A DNA stretch of 64,000 nt from Candidatus Latescibacterota bacterium. Its GTDB lineage: Bacteria > Latescibacterota > UBA2968 > UBA8231. Shown piece after piece: positions 7,777 to 17,963 of the stretch. The notes beneath the pieces were generated by a model, which worked only from the letters and a program-made list of their open reading frames with translations, did not search any database and was not told the DNA's origin. The position numbers and the translations under genes are program-made. Numbering within the stretch: the first letter of the stretch is position 1; each line of letters opens with the position of its first letter. Where the stretch lies: NCBI GenBank assembly GCA_963422735.1, contig OY730476.1, positions 1,632,001-1,696,000 of the forward strand. Reading direction: 5' to 3'.

Positions 7777-8924
7777 TGCCCGTGATCGCCGATATTGCCG
7801 AAAAGATCTATGCCAGAAAGCGCCTCGCGCTCGATGATGCCCGACGCCTGTACGCGCACCACAACCTCGCCGAGCTGGGGATGCTAGCGCATTGGGTGCG
7901 CCTGCAGAAACACCCCGAACAGGTGGTCACTTACAACGTCGGGCGCAACATCAACTACACCAATGTCTGCTGGGTCAAGTGCGACTTTTGCGCCTTCTAC
8001 CGGCCACCGGGTTCTAACGAAGGCTACATCCTGCCCCGAGAGCAGATATTTGCCAAAATCGACGAGTTGGTAGCCTTTGGCGGCGACGAGCCTAAGTCCT
8101 GCGAAATCCTGATGCAGGGCGGCCTCAACCCCAAGCTGCGCCTCGATTACTACGAACAGTTGCTCTCGGCGATCAGGGACCGCTATCCCCAAGTGCAGCT
8201 GCACTGTCTTTCGGCCACGGAAATCATCTACATCGCTCATCTGTCGCGACTGCCGCTGGACGAGACCATTCGCCGCCTGCGCGACGCTGGGCTGGATTCG
8301 ATACCGGGTGCCGGAGCCGAGATCCTCAACGACGAGGTGCGCGACATCATCGGCTTTCGCAAGGACCGCACCGAGGAGTGGCTGGAAGTGCATCGCGTGG
8401 CGCACGAACTGGGGATGCCGACCACCGCGACGATGATGTACGGCCACGTGGAGACGGTCGAACACCGCCTAGAGCACCTCAACCGCTTGCGGCAGCTACA
8501 GGACGAGCGCGGTGGTTTCACCGCCTTTATCGCTTGGAACTTCCAGCCCAACCACACGAACTTGGGCGCGGACGCGTCCCGCTGGAACGGCACCAAAGCG
8601 ACCGGCTACGACCACCTGCGCACGGTGGCCGTAGCACGGCTCTTCCTCGACAATATCCCCAGCCTGCAAGCCTCGTGGGTGACCCAAGGGCCTAAAATCG
8701 CCCAAGTCAGCTTGCGCTACGGCGTCAACGACTTCGGCAGCACCATGCTCGAAGAAAACGTCGTCAGCGCCGCTGGCACCAGTCACACCAACGAGATGGG
8801 CTTGGATGCTATGGAACGGCTAATCCGCGACGCCGGCCTTGCGCCGAGGCGGCGCAACACCCGCTACGAGCCGGTGGCTTCACCCTGTCGGATCAGCGTT
8901 TTGCAAGAGGCCCTCCATTCATGA
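7776..8924 (+). CDS. mqnC: Cyclic dehypoxanthinyl futalosine synthase (radical SAM)
   Basis: RNINYTNVCWVKCDFCAFYR, ILMQGG, QASWVTQG, DFGSTMLEENVV. Confidence 0.9.
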   Translation: MPVIADIAEKIYARKRLALDDARRLYAHHNLAELGMLAHWVRLQKHPEQVVTYNVGRNINYTNVCWVKCDFCAFYRPPGSNEGYILPREQIFAKIDELVAFGGDEPKSCEILMQGGLNPKLRLDYYEQLLSAIRDRYPQVQLHCLSATEIIYIAHLSRLPLDETIRRLRDAGLDSIPGAGAEILNDEVRDIIGFRKDRTEEWLEVHRVAHELGMPTTATMMYGHVETVEHRLEHLNRLRQLQDERGGFTAFIAWNFQPNHTNLGADASRWNGTKATGYDHLRTVAVARLFLDNIPSLQASWVTQGPKIAQVSLRYGVNDFGSTMLEENVVSAAGTSHTNEMGLDAMERLIRDAGLAPRRRNTRYEPVASPCRISVLQEALHS

Positions 8925-9715
8925 AGCCGCGCTTGGGCGCGGTCCCGTACCTCAACACGCAGCCCCTCGTCTTTGCCCTCGAAAGCGATCCCGCACCTTT
9001 CGCACTGAGTTATTCGGTTCCCTCGCGCTGCGCGAGAAAACTGGCGGCCGGCACCATTGATGTGGGGATCATTCCCTCAATCGAATACGCCCGCAGTCCT
9101 CGCCCCTACTGGATCGTCCCGGACATAGCTATTGGTTCGCAGGGTCCGGTGCTGACGGTGCGCCTCTTTTGCCGCCGTCCGTTGCCGCAGATCAAGCGCA
9201 TAGCCTTGGATCCCAGTTCCCGCACTTCAGTAGCTTTGTTGTCCATTCTTCTGCGCGAAAAATTCGCTCGCACCCCGCAATTGATCGAAGCCCCGCCCGA
9301 TCTGAAGGCCATGTTAGAGTGCGCCGATGCGGCCCTGCTCATCGGCGATCAAGTATTCCCGCATTTGGACGAGGACTTGGAGAGCCTAGACTTGGGTCGG
9401 GAATGGACTGCCATGACCGATCTGCCTTTTGTCTTTGCTTTTTGGGCCGGTCGCCAACAGGCGCTGACACCCGCCCAAGTCCAACAATTGCAGTGGGCCA
9501 AAGATCAGGGGTTATGCCAAGTGCCGTCCATCGCCGCAACATATAGCCGAGAATGCGGCGGTTCGCCCGAGTTCTACGAGCGCTACCTGACCCACCACAT
9601 CCGCTTTGATTTGGACGAGGCCGCCCAAGCCGGGTTGCGGCTGTTCTACCAACTAGCTCATCGTCACGGCCTGATCGACGCGGTTCCCCCGCTGCGCTTT
9701 TATCCAGCGGCCTGA
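8921..9715 (+). CDS. mqnA: Chorismate dehydratase
   Basis: GAVPYLNTQP, SSRTSVAL, ALLIGD, DLGREW, LPFVFAFW. Confidence 0.9.
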   Translation: MKPRLGAVPYLNTQPLVFALESDPAPFALSYSVPSRCARKLAAGTIDVGIIPSIEYARSPRPYWIVPDIAIGSQGPVLTVRLFCRRPLPQIKRIALDPSSRTSVALLSILLREKFARTPQLIEAPPDLKAMLECADAALLIGDQVFPHLDEDLESLDLGREWTAMTDLPFVFAFWAGRQQALTPAQVQQLQWAKDQGLCQVPSIAATYSRECGGSPEFYERYLTHHIRFDLDEAAQAGLRLFYQLAHRHGLIDAVPPLRFYPAA

Positions 9716-9745
9716 CCTAGGCCGCCCTTGTCGAGGAAGGTCGAG

Positions 9746-10636
9746 ATGGCTCCCTTGTTACAGGCCATTGCGGTGTACGGCCGCATGATCAAATTTTCCC
9801 ACAGCGTCTTTGCCCTACCTTTTGCCTTTAGCGGAGCCTTGCTGGCCGCGACGTACGCTGGCATCACCCCGGCCCAAATCGGCTGGATCGCGCTGGCCAT
9901 GGTCGGGGCGCGCAGCGCGGCGATGGGTTTTAATCGCCTCGTTGACCGCCACCTCGACGCGGCCAATCCCCGCACCCAAAACCGCGAACTGCCGCGAGGT
10001 GTGGTCTCGCCCCAAGCCGTGGGGTTGTTCGTGGTTCTGTCGGCCCTCGTCTTGGTCTTGGCAGCTTACCAGCTCAACCCTTTGTGCTTTTACCTGTCGC
10101 CGCTGGTTTTGGCTGTACTCTTGTTCTATTCGCTGACCAAGCACTTCACTTGGGCCTCCCACTTGGTTTTGGGGCTGAGCTTAGGCGGGGCACCGCTGGG
10201 TGCTTGGATTGCGGTCACCGGCGGCTTTGACCTCATCCCGCTGCTGCTCTGCTTGGGGGTGCTGGTTTGGGTGGCCGGCTTTGACATCATCTACGCCTGC
10301 GAGGATCGCGCCTTTGACGTGCGGGCCGGACTCCATTCCATCCCGGTCCGCTTTGGCACTGCCCGTGCCCTGTACATCGCCCGCGCCTTGCATCTGTTGT
10401 TCGTGGTGCTGCTAGTCCTCGTGGGCCGCACGGCCGGCTTGAGCCTTTTATACTGGTTGGGTGTAGTAGTGGTCGCCGGCTTGCTGGTGTACGAGCACCG
10501 GCTGGTGCGGGCCGACGACCTGTCCCGCCTGAGCACGGCCTTTATGACGATCAATAGCACGGTCAGCCTGATCTACTTTGCCGCGATCTTAGCCGATCTG
10601 CTCGTCTTTGGCGAGGGGGAATTGCTGCGATTTTGA
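9746..10636 (+). CDS. mqnP: UbiA-family polyprenyltransferase (futalosine-pathway MqnP type)
   Basis: MIKFSHSVFALPFA, ARSAAMGFNRLVDRHLDAANPRT, WVAGFDIIYA; multiple TM segments. Confidence 0.85.
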   Translation: MAPLLQAIAVYGRMIKFSHSVFALPFAFSGALLAATYAGITPAQIGWIALAMVGARSAAMGFNRLVDRHLDAANPRTQNRELPRGVVSPQAVGLFVVLSALVLVLAAYQLNPLCFYLSPLVLAVLLFYSLTKHFTWASHLVLGLSLGGAPLGAWIAVTGGFDLIPLLLCLGVLVWVAGFDIIYACEDRAFDVRAGLHSIPVRFGTARALYIARALHLLFVVLLVLVGRTAGLSLLYWLGVVVVAGLLVYEHRLVRADDLSRLSTAFMTINSTVSLIYFAAILADLLVFGEGELLRF

Positions 10637-10656
10637 CGAGGGAATATGGCTGCGAG

Positions 10657-10675
10657 TTGTCTAGGCGCTAGACAA
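10657..10675. repeat. Short palindrome at the left edge of the decayed island
   Basis: TTGTCTAG-gcg-CTAGACAA. Confidence 0.4.
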
Positions 10676-10718
10676 TCACTAAGTAATTGAAAGCCTGCTC
10701 ACCTTTTTTTGATCCGAC

Positions 10719-11243
10719 ATGGCAGAATGCGAACACATCGAACACATCCTAGACAATCGCCAGCACCGCGTTGTCGATTATTTGCGGCAGCACCTGTCCG
10801 CCGCCGAGGTGTTTCGCCTCGTGTCGGCGTATTTCACCATTCACGGGTACGAGGCCCTGCAAAGCGAGTTGCGAGAGGTAAAAGATGTGCGCTTTCTCTT
10901 GGGCGATCCGGGAGCGGTCGGCGAGTTGGATCCCAGTGAGAAAGCGCAAAAGTCTTTTGATCTGACCGAAGGCGGGCTCTCGCCGAATCATCCATTGCAA
11001 CAGACATACCTCGCCCGGCAACGCGCCGCATGGCTGCAAAGCAGTGGAGTCAAAGTCCGTTCTGTCGGCCAAGCCAATTTTCTGCACGGCAAGATGTATC
11101 TCACCGAATCAGCCAACAAAGGCGCGGCGGCGGCGGGCACCAGAAGCGGCCTAGGCTGCGGAATGGTCGCCAATTTGGAGATCAACTCGCCGCCATTTGC
11201 CCGACCGAGTGAGCGACCTAGAATATGCCTGCCCCTAGTGTAA
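10719..11243 (+). pseudogene. N-terminal remnant of a PLD-nuclease/SNF2-type helicase
   Basis: ILDN..RVVDYL, VSAYFTIHGYEAL, FLHGKMYL; expected GSSNFT appears reduced to GT; sequence degenerates after NLEIN; no helicase domain follows. Confidence 0.7.
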
Positions 11244-11365
11244 CTAAAGAAATCCGGCAATGTAGCTTGCAGGGGCCGAGATCCAGATGCCCGCCGGCGT
11301 TTCTGCAAGAATAAGGGAAGTAATTGACACGAGACGATTCGTAGATAACCCATAGGAGAAGCGAC

Positions 11366-11596
11366 ATGAGCCGAGTAGCTTTTCAGTTGCCCAATACAGT
11401 CTTTGAACGGCTACAGAAACTGGCTGCCCGCACGGGACGCAGCGAAACCGAATGTATGATTGAGGCTATCCGGGAGTATCTGGATGACCTCGAAGACTTG
11501 CATCTTGCCGAATAACGACTGAAGGATATTCACGAGGGGAAATCTCAGACCGTGCCTCTTGAGAAAGTCGTGAAAGAGCATGGCTTGGCAGATTGA
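11366..11596 (+). pseudogene. relB: RelB/CopG-type (RHH) antitoxin with in-frame stop
   Basis: Not in ORF track. AGGAG RBS, MSRVAFQLPNTVFERLQKLAARTGRSETECMIEAIREYLDDLEDLHLAE*RLKDIHEGKSQTVPLEKVVKEHGLAD; TAA at 11513-11515. Confidence 0.85.
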
Positions 11597-11750
11597 GCTT
11601 GCCAAGGACGCCGAGCGTGAATTGAGGAGACGACCCGCGCAGCATTGGCGAAGCCCTCAAGGGTTCCAATTTAGGCGAGTTCTGGAAATACCGCGTGGGC
11701 GATTATCGCGTAATCAGCCACATCAAGGACGATGCCCTTCTCATCCTCAA
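11580..11750 (+). pseudogene. relE: RelE/ParE toxin, internally deleted, frameshifted and 3'-truncated
   Basis: MAWQIELAKDAEREL then, in another frame from about 11629, DDPRSIGEALKGSNLGEFWKYRVGDYRVISHIKDDALLIL; overlaps the antitoxin 3' end. Confidence 0.85.
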
Positions 11751-11918
11751 ACAACAACCGCCTACGCGACCATGCAACATCTCTGAGCACGGTGTGGGTG
11801 CGCGCTGGCGTTTTATCGGGAATAAGGGTATCTACTGAAATCCCGGCTGTGAGTTGCCCAAATGTTAGACAATTATTAAATAACGGACCATGCACCCAAT
11901 CCCTAACCAAAAGAATCC

Positions 11919-12929
11919 ATGACTACCCTGTTCGTCACCGGCGGCGCTGGCTTCATCGGCTCCAATTTCATTCGCTATTGGCTATCGACCTATCCCGACG
12001 ACCGCATTGTCAACTACGATCTGCTCACCTACGCCGGCAATTTGGCCAGCCTGAAGGACGTGGAAGCAAGCTATGGTGACCGCTACACTTTTGTCCGCGG
12101 CGATATTCAGAATGCCGATTTGACCCGCTATCTCTTCGAGGTCCACCGCCCCGACTACGTGATCAACTTTGCCGCGGAATCGCACAACAGCTTGGCCATT
12201 GTCAATCCCTCGGCCTTTTTTCAGACCAATGTCGTGGGTACGCAAAAGCTGTTGCAGGCCGCCGCCGACGCCCAAGTGCCGCGCTTCCACCACATTTCCA
12301 CCTGCGAAGTGTACGGCGATCTAGCCCTCGACGCGGACGAGTCCTTTACCGAGGAATCGCCCTACCGGCCGCGCACTCCGTACAATGCGGCTAAGGCCGC
12401 CGCCGACCTAGCCGTGCGCGCTTATGGCCATACCTTTGGCCTGCCAGTCACGCTGTCGAACTGCGCCAACAATTTTGGCCCCTATCAATTCCCGGAAAAA
12501 GTCATCCCCTTCTTCGCCGTCCGCCTGCTCACCGGCCAGAAGATGCCGCTGTACAAATCCAGCCAGAACCGCCGCGAGTGGCTCCACGTCGATGATCACT
12601 GCCGGGCCATAGACCTAGTGCTGAAAAAAGGCGAGATTGGACAGACGTACAACGTTGGCAGCGGCATTGAAAAAGACGTCGAAGCCATCGCCGACCTGAT
12701 CCTCAATGCCTTGGAGATGGACGCCACACACAAAACTTATGTGGAGGACCGGCCCGGCCACGACCGGCGCTACCTACTCGATTCAACCAGAATCCGCACC
12801 CAACTAGGTTGGGAACCGCGAGTCGATTTCGCCCAAGGCTTCCGCGATACGGTCCACTGGTACCGCGACAATGAAGCCTGGTGGCGTCCCCTGCTAAAAA
12901 AAATCCAAGTCCGCGAAGAGGGCTGGTAA
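11919..12929 (+). CDS. rfbB: dTDP-glucose 4,6-dehydratase
   Basis: VTGGAGFIGSNF, DLLTYAGN, FAAESH, PYNAAKA, GPYQFPEK, REWLHVDDH, DRPGHDRRY. Confidence 0.92.
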   Translation: MTTLFVTGGAGFIGSNFIRYWLSTYPDDRIVNYDLLTYAGNLASLKDVEASYGDRYTFVRGDIQNADLTRYLFEVHRPDYVINFAAESHNSLAIVNPSAFFQTNVVGTQKLLQAAADAQVPRFHHISTCEVYGDLALDADESFTEESPYRPRTPYNAAKAAADLAVRAYGHTFGLPVTLSNCANNFGPYQFPEKVIPFFAVRLLTGQKMPLYKSSQNRREWLHVDDHCRAIDLVLKKGEIGQTYNVGSGIEKDVEAIADLILNALEMDATHKTYVEDRPGHDRRYLLDSTRIRTQLGWEPRVDFAQGFRDTVHWYRDNEAWWRPLLKKIQVREEGW

Positions 12930-12966
12930 GGGCATCTTTCTGAATCAGAAAGCATAACGAGGCAGC

Positions 12967-14949
12967 ATGAGTACCGATTCCTTTGCAGAAATCGTCGGCG
13001 AGACCGATGATCCGATCTACCAAGTCCGCACCCGCGCTCCCGGTCCTAGCGGCAAGCTGCCGCTGACCATAGAGCAGGTCGTCGAAGCGCCGAGTGGCCA
13101 CATCTTTGGCTACAGCCAGAACGCGGGAATGGGCTGGAACCCCGCCGAACTAGGCCGGGGAGAATTCCTCATCGTCAGCACCCAAGGCGGCATCCGCGCC
13201 CCGGACGGTCGGCCGATCGCGCTGGGCTACCACACTGGCCACTGGGAAATCGGCCTATTGATGGAGGCCGCTGCCGAGGAAATCCACCGCCGGGGCGGCA
13301 TCCCCTTTGCCGCCTATTGCTCGGACCCGTGCGATGGCCGCTCGCAGGGAACGACCGGCATGTTCGATAGCTTACCGTACCGCAACGACGCGGCCATGAT
13401 CCTGCGCCGCTTGATCCGCTCGTTGCCAACGCGGCGCGGCGTGATGGGCGTGGGCACCTGCGACAAGGGATTGCCGGCGGTTCTCATCGCCTTAGCTGGT
13501 ACGCCGGACCTGCCGGTCATTGTCGTGCCCGGCGGGGTGACCCTGCCGCCGGAAGAAGGCGAGGACGCGGGCAAGATCCAGTCGGCGGGTTCGCGGCTGG
13601 CGCGGGGCGAGATGAGCATTGACGACTTTCAGGTGCTCGGCTGCCGCGCCTGCGCCACGCCGGGGGGCGGCTGCCAGTTTTTGGGGACCGCGGCCACGGC
13701 TCAGGTTGTGGGCGAGGCACTGGGGCTTTCGCTGCCGCATTCGGCGCTGGCTCCTTCGGGAGAAGCGGTCTGGCGCGATATGGCCGTGCGCTCGGCGAGG
13801 GCACTGATGGCACTGGAGGCCGCGGACATTCGCTCGCAGGAGGTGGTCACCGAACAGGCACTGCACAACGCCATGGTCGTCCACGCGGCCTTTGGTGGTT
13901 CGACTAATTTGATATTGCACGTACCGGCCATTGCCCATGCGGCCGGGCGGAAACGGCCGGAAGTGGGGGATTGGGACCGGATCAACCGCGAGGTGCCGCG
14001 CTTGGTCGATGTGCTGCCCAACGGCCCGGAGTTCCACGTTACCGTGCGCGCCTTTTTGGCTGGCGGGGTGCCGGAGGTCATGTTGCACCTGCGGCGCTTG
14101 GGGCTTTTGGAGGAGGGGGTAATGACGGTCACGGGCCGCACACTGGGCGAAAATCTCGACTGGTGGGAGAGTGCGCCGCGCCGCCACCGCTTCCGCGAGG
14201 AACTGCGCAAGCTAGACGGGGTGGACCCGGACGACGTGATTATGGACGCCAGTCGCGCCCGCGCCAAGGGCCTGACCAGCACCACCTGCTTCCCGGTTGG
14301 CAACATCTCGCCCGAGGGCGCGGTCGTCAAAAGTACGGCCATTGATTCTTCATTGCTGGACGCGCAGGGAATCTATCGACACACGGGGCCAGCGAAGGTT
14401 TTTACCACCGAACGCGACACCATCGCCGCAATCAAGGCCGGCGCGATCGAGCAGGGCGACGTACTGGTGATGATTAGCTGCGGGCCGATGGGCACGGGCA
14501 TGGAGGAAGTCGCGCAGGTTACGATCGCGCTCAAATACACGGATATTGGCAAGCGCGTGGCACTGCTTACGGACGCGCGGTTTTCGGGGTTTTCCTCCGG
14601 CCCTTGTATCGGGCATATCGGCCCAGAGGCTTTGGCTGGTGGGCCGATCGGCAAGCTGCGAGACGGCGACTTGATCGCCATTGAAATCGACTGCTACAAC
14701 CTGCGCGGACGCATCGACTTGGTCGGCTGCTTAGGAGAGGAGTTCGGCGTAGAGGAAGGCCAGCGAGTGCTGGCCGAGCGCACCTTGCGTCCAGACCTTG
14801 CGCCCGAAGCGGAACTGCCCGACGACACTAGGCTGTGGGCGGCTTTGCAAAACGTCGGCGGTGGTACTTGGGGCGGTTGCGTTTATGATGTGGATGCGAT
14901 TGTCGCCACGCTCGAAGCGGGTCGCGCGGTGCTAAAGGGGGCGTCGTGA
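12967..14949 (+). CDS. YjhG/YagF-family D-xylonate dehydratase (IlvD/Edd superfamily)
   Basis: [58 protein letters not shown]. Confidence 0.92.
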   Translation: MSTDSFAEIVGETDDPIYQVRTRAPGPSGKLPLTIEQVVEAPSGHIFGYSQNAGMGWNPAELGRGEFLIVSTQGGIRAPDGRPIALGYHTGHWEIGLLMEAAAEEIHRRGGIPFAAYCSDPCDGRSQGTTGMFDSLPYRNDAAMILRRLIRSLPTRRGVMGVGTCDKGLPAVLIALAGTPDLPVIVVPGGVTLPPEEGEDAGKIQSAGSRLARGEMSIDDFQVLGCRACATPGGGCQFLGTAATAQVVGEALGLSLPHSALAPSGEAVWRDMAVRSARALMALEAADIRSQEVVTEQALHNAMVVHAAFGGSTNLILHVPAIAHAAGRKRPEVGDWDRINREVPRLVDVLPNGPEFHVTVRAFLAGGVPEVMLHLRRLGLLEEGVMTVTGRTLGENLDWWESAPRRHRFREELRKLDGVDPDDVIMDASRARAKGLTSTTCFPVGNISPEGAVVKSTAIDSSLLDAQGIYRHTGPAKVFTTERDTIAAIKAGAIEQGDVLVMISCGPMGTGMEEVAQVTIALKYTDIGKRVALLTDARFSGFSSGPCIGHIGPEALAGGPIGKLRDGDLIAIEIDCYNLRGRIDLVGCLGEEFGVEEGQRVLAERTLRPDLAPEAELPDDTRLWAALQNVGGGTWGGCVYDVDAIVATLEAGRAVLKGAS

Positions 14950-15560
14950 GCGGCAAGCAGATCGTCGTCGGCATCACCGGAGCCAGTGGCGCACTCTACG
15001 CTGGCCGCCTGCTGCGCGCCCTGCTGATCGGCGGGCACCAAGTGCATTTGGTCCTGTCTAAATACGGGCGCTACCTGCTCGTCGAAGAGTTGGGTTTCCG
15101 CCCCGACAAGGAGAGCCTACGAGCGTTTATAAGGCGGTGCTATGGGGAGGAGACCCAAGCCGGCGAACTGCACGAGTACAACGCTGGTGACCTATCGGCC
15201 TCCATAGCCAGCGGTTCGGTGCCTATCGACGGCATGGTGGTGGTGCCTTGTTCGGCCAAGACGCTTTCGAGCATCGCTCGCGGGGCGTCTTCGAGTCTGA
15301 TTGAGCGAGCCGCCGATGTCAGCCTCAAGGAGCAACGACCGCTGGTGCTGGTGGTGCGCGAGACCCCGCTCAACCTGATTCAGTTGCGCAATATGACGGC
15401 GGCGGCCGAGGCTGGAGCCGTCATTCTGCCGGCCATGCCGGCTTTTTATCAAAAGCCGCAGACCTTTGACGATTTGGGCGATTTCATCGCTGGCCGCGTC
15501 TGCAACATGCTGCGGATCGAACACCAGCTCTTCCCCTCTTGGCCGGGGCCTGCGCGATAA
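14946..15560 (+). CDS. ubiX: Flavin prenyltransferase
   Basis: [38 protein letters not shown]. Confidence 0.92.
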   Translation: MSGKQIVVGITGASGALYAGRLLRALLIGGHQVHLVLSKYGRYLLVEELGFRPDKESLRAFIRRCYGEETQAGELHEYNAGDLSASIASGSVPIDGMVVVPCSAKTLSSIARGASSSLIERAADVSLKEQRPLVLVVRETPLNLIQLRNMTAAAEAGAVILPAMPAFYQKPQTFDDLGDFIAGRVCNMLRIEHQLFPSWPGPAR

Positions 15561-15566
15561 CTTCCC

Positions 15567-17030
15567 TTACACTAGCCGCTCCAAATTAGCGCGAAATAAC
15601 GCGCGCGGCAGCATGCCTTCGAGCAGGCGGCCTCCCTCTCTGGCGATGGCGCGACAGACGGTCCACGGCCCAAAGCGACAGAAGATTTCGCCTTTGAGGC
15701 CCGTGGGCGGATCGCAGTAGATTGGACCCCCCGCGAACAGGTCCTGTAGTTGGGGCCAGTTCAACTCGACGCTGGGACCCTGCATGAGATGTCCCCACAG
15801 GGCGACGGTTTGCTGGGACAGGTAGTAGTACTCTTTGTGGTGGCGGGCAACCCTCATGCCGCTGCGGACGAAGTAGGGCAGATGCTCTTGGATGGCTGGG
15901 CCGAGCGATGGCTGCCGGCACAGATGGCGGTTGCTGAGGGTGAATATCTGCTCCGGAGGGCAGGGTAGGGTGCCGCTCCACCGGCCTTCGATGGCGCGCC
16001 GGGACTCGGCGGCGGCGGGATCGGTCGCCGAGGCATCCCAAGCAGGCGCGTCTTCGGGGCTTGGCGTCGGTGCGCGTTTGGAGAGGCAAGCGACGAAAGC
16101 CCCTTCGGTGTCGTGGTGGTGGGGCCAGACGCGGACGCAGTGGGCAAACCCGGGCGGGAACTGGGCAGCCAGCGCATCCGGCAGCAGCGGCCCTGCGAAC
16201 TCTGCGATGGGGAGGATAGCCACATCTTCTCTATAGCGGCGCAACAGCCCGAGGAGCACTTCTTCGTTTTCCTCCAGCGAGAGTGAGCACGTCGAGTACA
16301 CTAAGGTGCCGCTAGGGCGCAGCATCTGGTAGGCAGCGCGCAAGAGGCCCTTCTGCTGCTGTGCGAGGCGTTGGGCGTCTTGCGGCGACCAGTAGGCGAG
16401 CATGTTCTGGTCTTTGCGCACGATGCCGTCGCCCGAGCAGGGGGCATCTACTAAGATGCGGTCGAAAAAGTTGGGGAAGTAACGCGCCAGCATGGTCCCT
16501 GGGGCTTGGGTCAAGACGTGATTGGCGACCCCACAGCGCTCCAAATTGCCCACGAGGGCCGGCATGCGCTTGCGCTGGAGTTCATTGGCCAGCAGCAGGC
16601 CACTGTTTTGCATTCGTGCGGCAATCTGGGTGGACTTGCCGCCCGGGGCGGCGCATAGGTCGAGGACGCGCTCGCCGGGCTGAGGGGCTAGTACCTCGAC
16701 AGCTAGCATGGGGGCCTTGGCTTGGACGTAATACGCGCCCATGGCGTGTTCAATGGTCTGGCCGAGGTTCGCGTCGCTTTCTGGCAAGGCGAAGCCCTCG
16801 CTGCACCAAGGCACGCGTTGGCCGCACTGATGCAAGTGAAGCCGTACGTGCTGCGCTTGCGCTTGGAGCGCGTTCAAGCGAAGCGAAGCTGGGGGGGGCG
16901 TACGCGAGCATTGATAAAAGGCCGCGCGCTCTTTGTCATTGGGCAACAGACGGCCAATGTACTGGAGCAGGGCCTGTAATTTATCCGGGTCGTACGCTTT
17001 GCGTGCAGGTGGGGTTGTCTGTTTATTCAT
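15567..17030 (-). CDS. RsmB/RsmF (NOL1/NOP2) RNA m5C methyltransferase
   Basis: LDLCAAPGGKSTQ, DAPCSG, VYSTCS, EENE. Confidence 0.88.
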   Translation of the reverse strand: MNKQTTPPARKAYDPDKLQALLQYIGRLLPNDKERAAFYQCSRTPPPASLRLNALQAQAQHVRLHLHQCGQRVPWCSEGFALPESDANLGQTIEHAMGAYYVQAKAPMLAVEVLAPQPGERVLDLCAAPGGKSTQIAARMQNSGLLLANELQRKRMPALVGNLERCGVANHVLTQAPGTMLARYFPNFFDRILVDAPCSGDGIVRKDQNMLAYWSPQDAQRLAQQQKGLLRAAYQMLRPSGTLVYSTCSLSLEENEEVLLGLLRRYREDVAILPIAEFAGPLLPDALAAQFPPGFAHCVRVWPHHHDTEGAFVACLSKRAPTPSPEDAPAWDASATDPAAAESRRAIEGRWSGTLPCPPEQIFTLSNRHLCRQPSLGPAIQEHLPYFVRSGMRVARHHKEYYYLSQQTVALWGHLMQGPSVELNWPQLQDLFAGGPIYCDPPTGLKGEIFCRFGPWTVCRAIAREGGRLLEGMLPRALFRANLERLV

Positions 17031-17210
17031 CGGGCATCGGGCAGTTATTCAACAAATATCGGAATTTCCTAGTTTACGGTTGGGAATTCAGGTTTCATTT
17101 AGGCGATTTCACTCGGCATGCCCGTAGCCCTCGTCCGGGCCGCGGTCCCCCGCGTCGATGTTCCGAGGCCAGTCGCCGGGCACCCGTCGCCAAGAGGGCG
17201 GATGGGACGG

Positions 17211-17231
17211 ACCACTAACCACTAACCACTG
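17211..17231 (+). repeat. Heptamer tandem repeat (ACCACTA)x3
   Basis: ACCACTA ACCACTA ACCACTG in the divergent intergenic region. Confidence 0.7.
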
Positions 17232-17288
17232 ATTAAACAGTCCTTACTCTAGGAAAGTCCGATCAATATAACCCATACAGCAAGAGGC

Positions 17289-17963
17289 ATGGGCGTCGCA
17301 CGCTGCTTCATCGTCAGCGATCTGCACCTCGGATCGGCTTACTTTTACCATCGCAACTTTTCTTCTTGGTTGGATGCCTTGCCCCAAGGGGTGCCGCTCG
17401 TGCTCAACGGCGACGTTATGGATAAGCCGGGCCAAGCCTTGCCCGGTGCCCATCGGGTCGTGCTGGAGCGCATCGTGAGCGAGTCGCAATCCCGGCCCGT
17501 AATCTGGGTGTACGGCAATCGCGATGCCCAATTCAAACTGGCCGATCCGGGGCAGATCCGCTTTGTCGATAGCTGGCGGCTCGATCAGCGGCTGCTCGTA
17601 GTCCACGGCCATCGGCTCGACCAACTGATGCCTCGACACGCGGCGTTCAAATGGGCTTTCCGCCGCTTGCACCGTTGCCGCATCTGGCTTGGTGGGAGCA
17701 ATGCCCACGTGGCCGAGTACGCCAAGAAATGGCCTTTGCTCTATCGAATGCTCAACGAGCACGTAGCGCGCAACGCCCTGCGCGTGGCGCGGCAGGAGGG
17801 AGTTGATGCTGTGGTCTGCGGGCACACGCACGCGGCCATGGCGATTGAGCGGCAGGGTCGGTGCTACTTCAACACCGGTGCTTGGACCGAAAAACCTCTC
17901 CACTTTCTCGAAGTAGCCCCAGACCGCATGGCCCTGCATACATACGAGGACGCTTGTGATTAA
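17289..17963 (+). CDS. Calcineurin-like metallophosphoesterase, LpxH-like
   Basis: SDLHLG, NGDVMD, GNRD, HGH, CGHTH, NTGAW. Confidence 0.8.
   Translation: MGVARCFIVSDLHLGSAYFYHRNFSSWLDALPQGVPLVLNGDVMDKPGQALPGAHRVVLERIVSESQSRPVIWVYGNRDAQFKLADPGQIRFVDSWRLDQRLLVVHGHRLDQLMPRHAAFKWAFRRLHRCRIWLGGSNAHVAEYAKKWPLLYRMLNEHVARNALRVARQEGVDAVVCGHTHAAMAIERQGRCYFNTGAWTEKPLHFLEVAPDRMALHTYEDACD

Noticed and set aside
11513-11515. Stop-codon recoding to explain in-frame stops (also 46466 and 54890)
   Set aside because: TAA and TAG terminate normal genes here, and the affected loci carry other lesions
10669-11872. TAGACAAT at both ends of the decayed island as a target-site duplication
   Set aside because: Only 8 bp, also occurs inside the island near 10750, and no integrase or transposase is present
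11671-11910. Minus-strand 79-aa ORF (HTVLRDVAWS) as a possible nuclease fragment
   Set aside because: Similarity too slight, and it overlaps the RelE remnant
17114-17128. CGGCAT-GCCCG-TAGC as a fifth sigma54 promoter
   Set aside because: Spacing is right but both boxes deviate in GC-rich context; too weak
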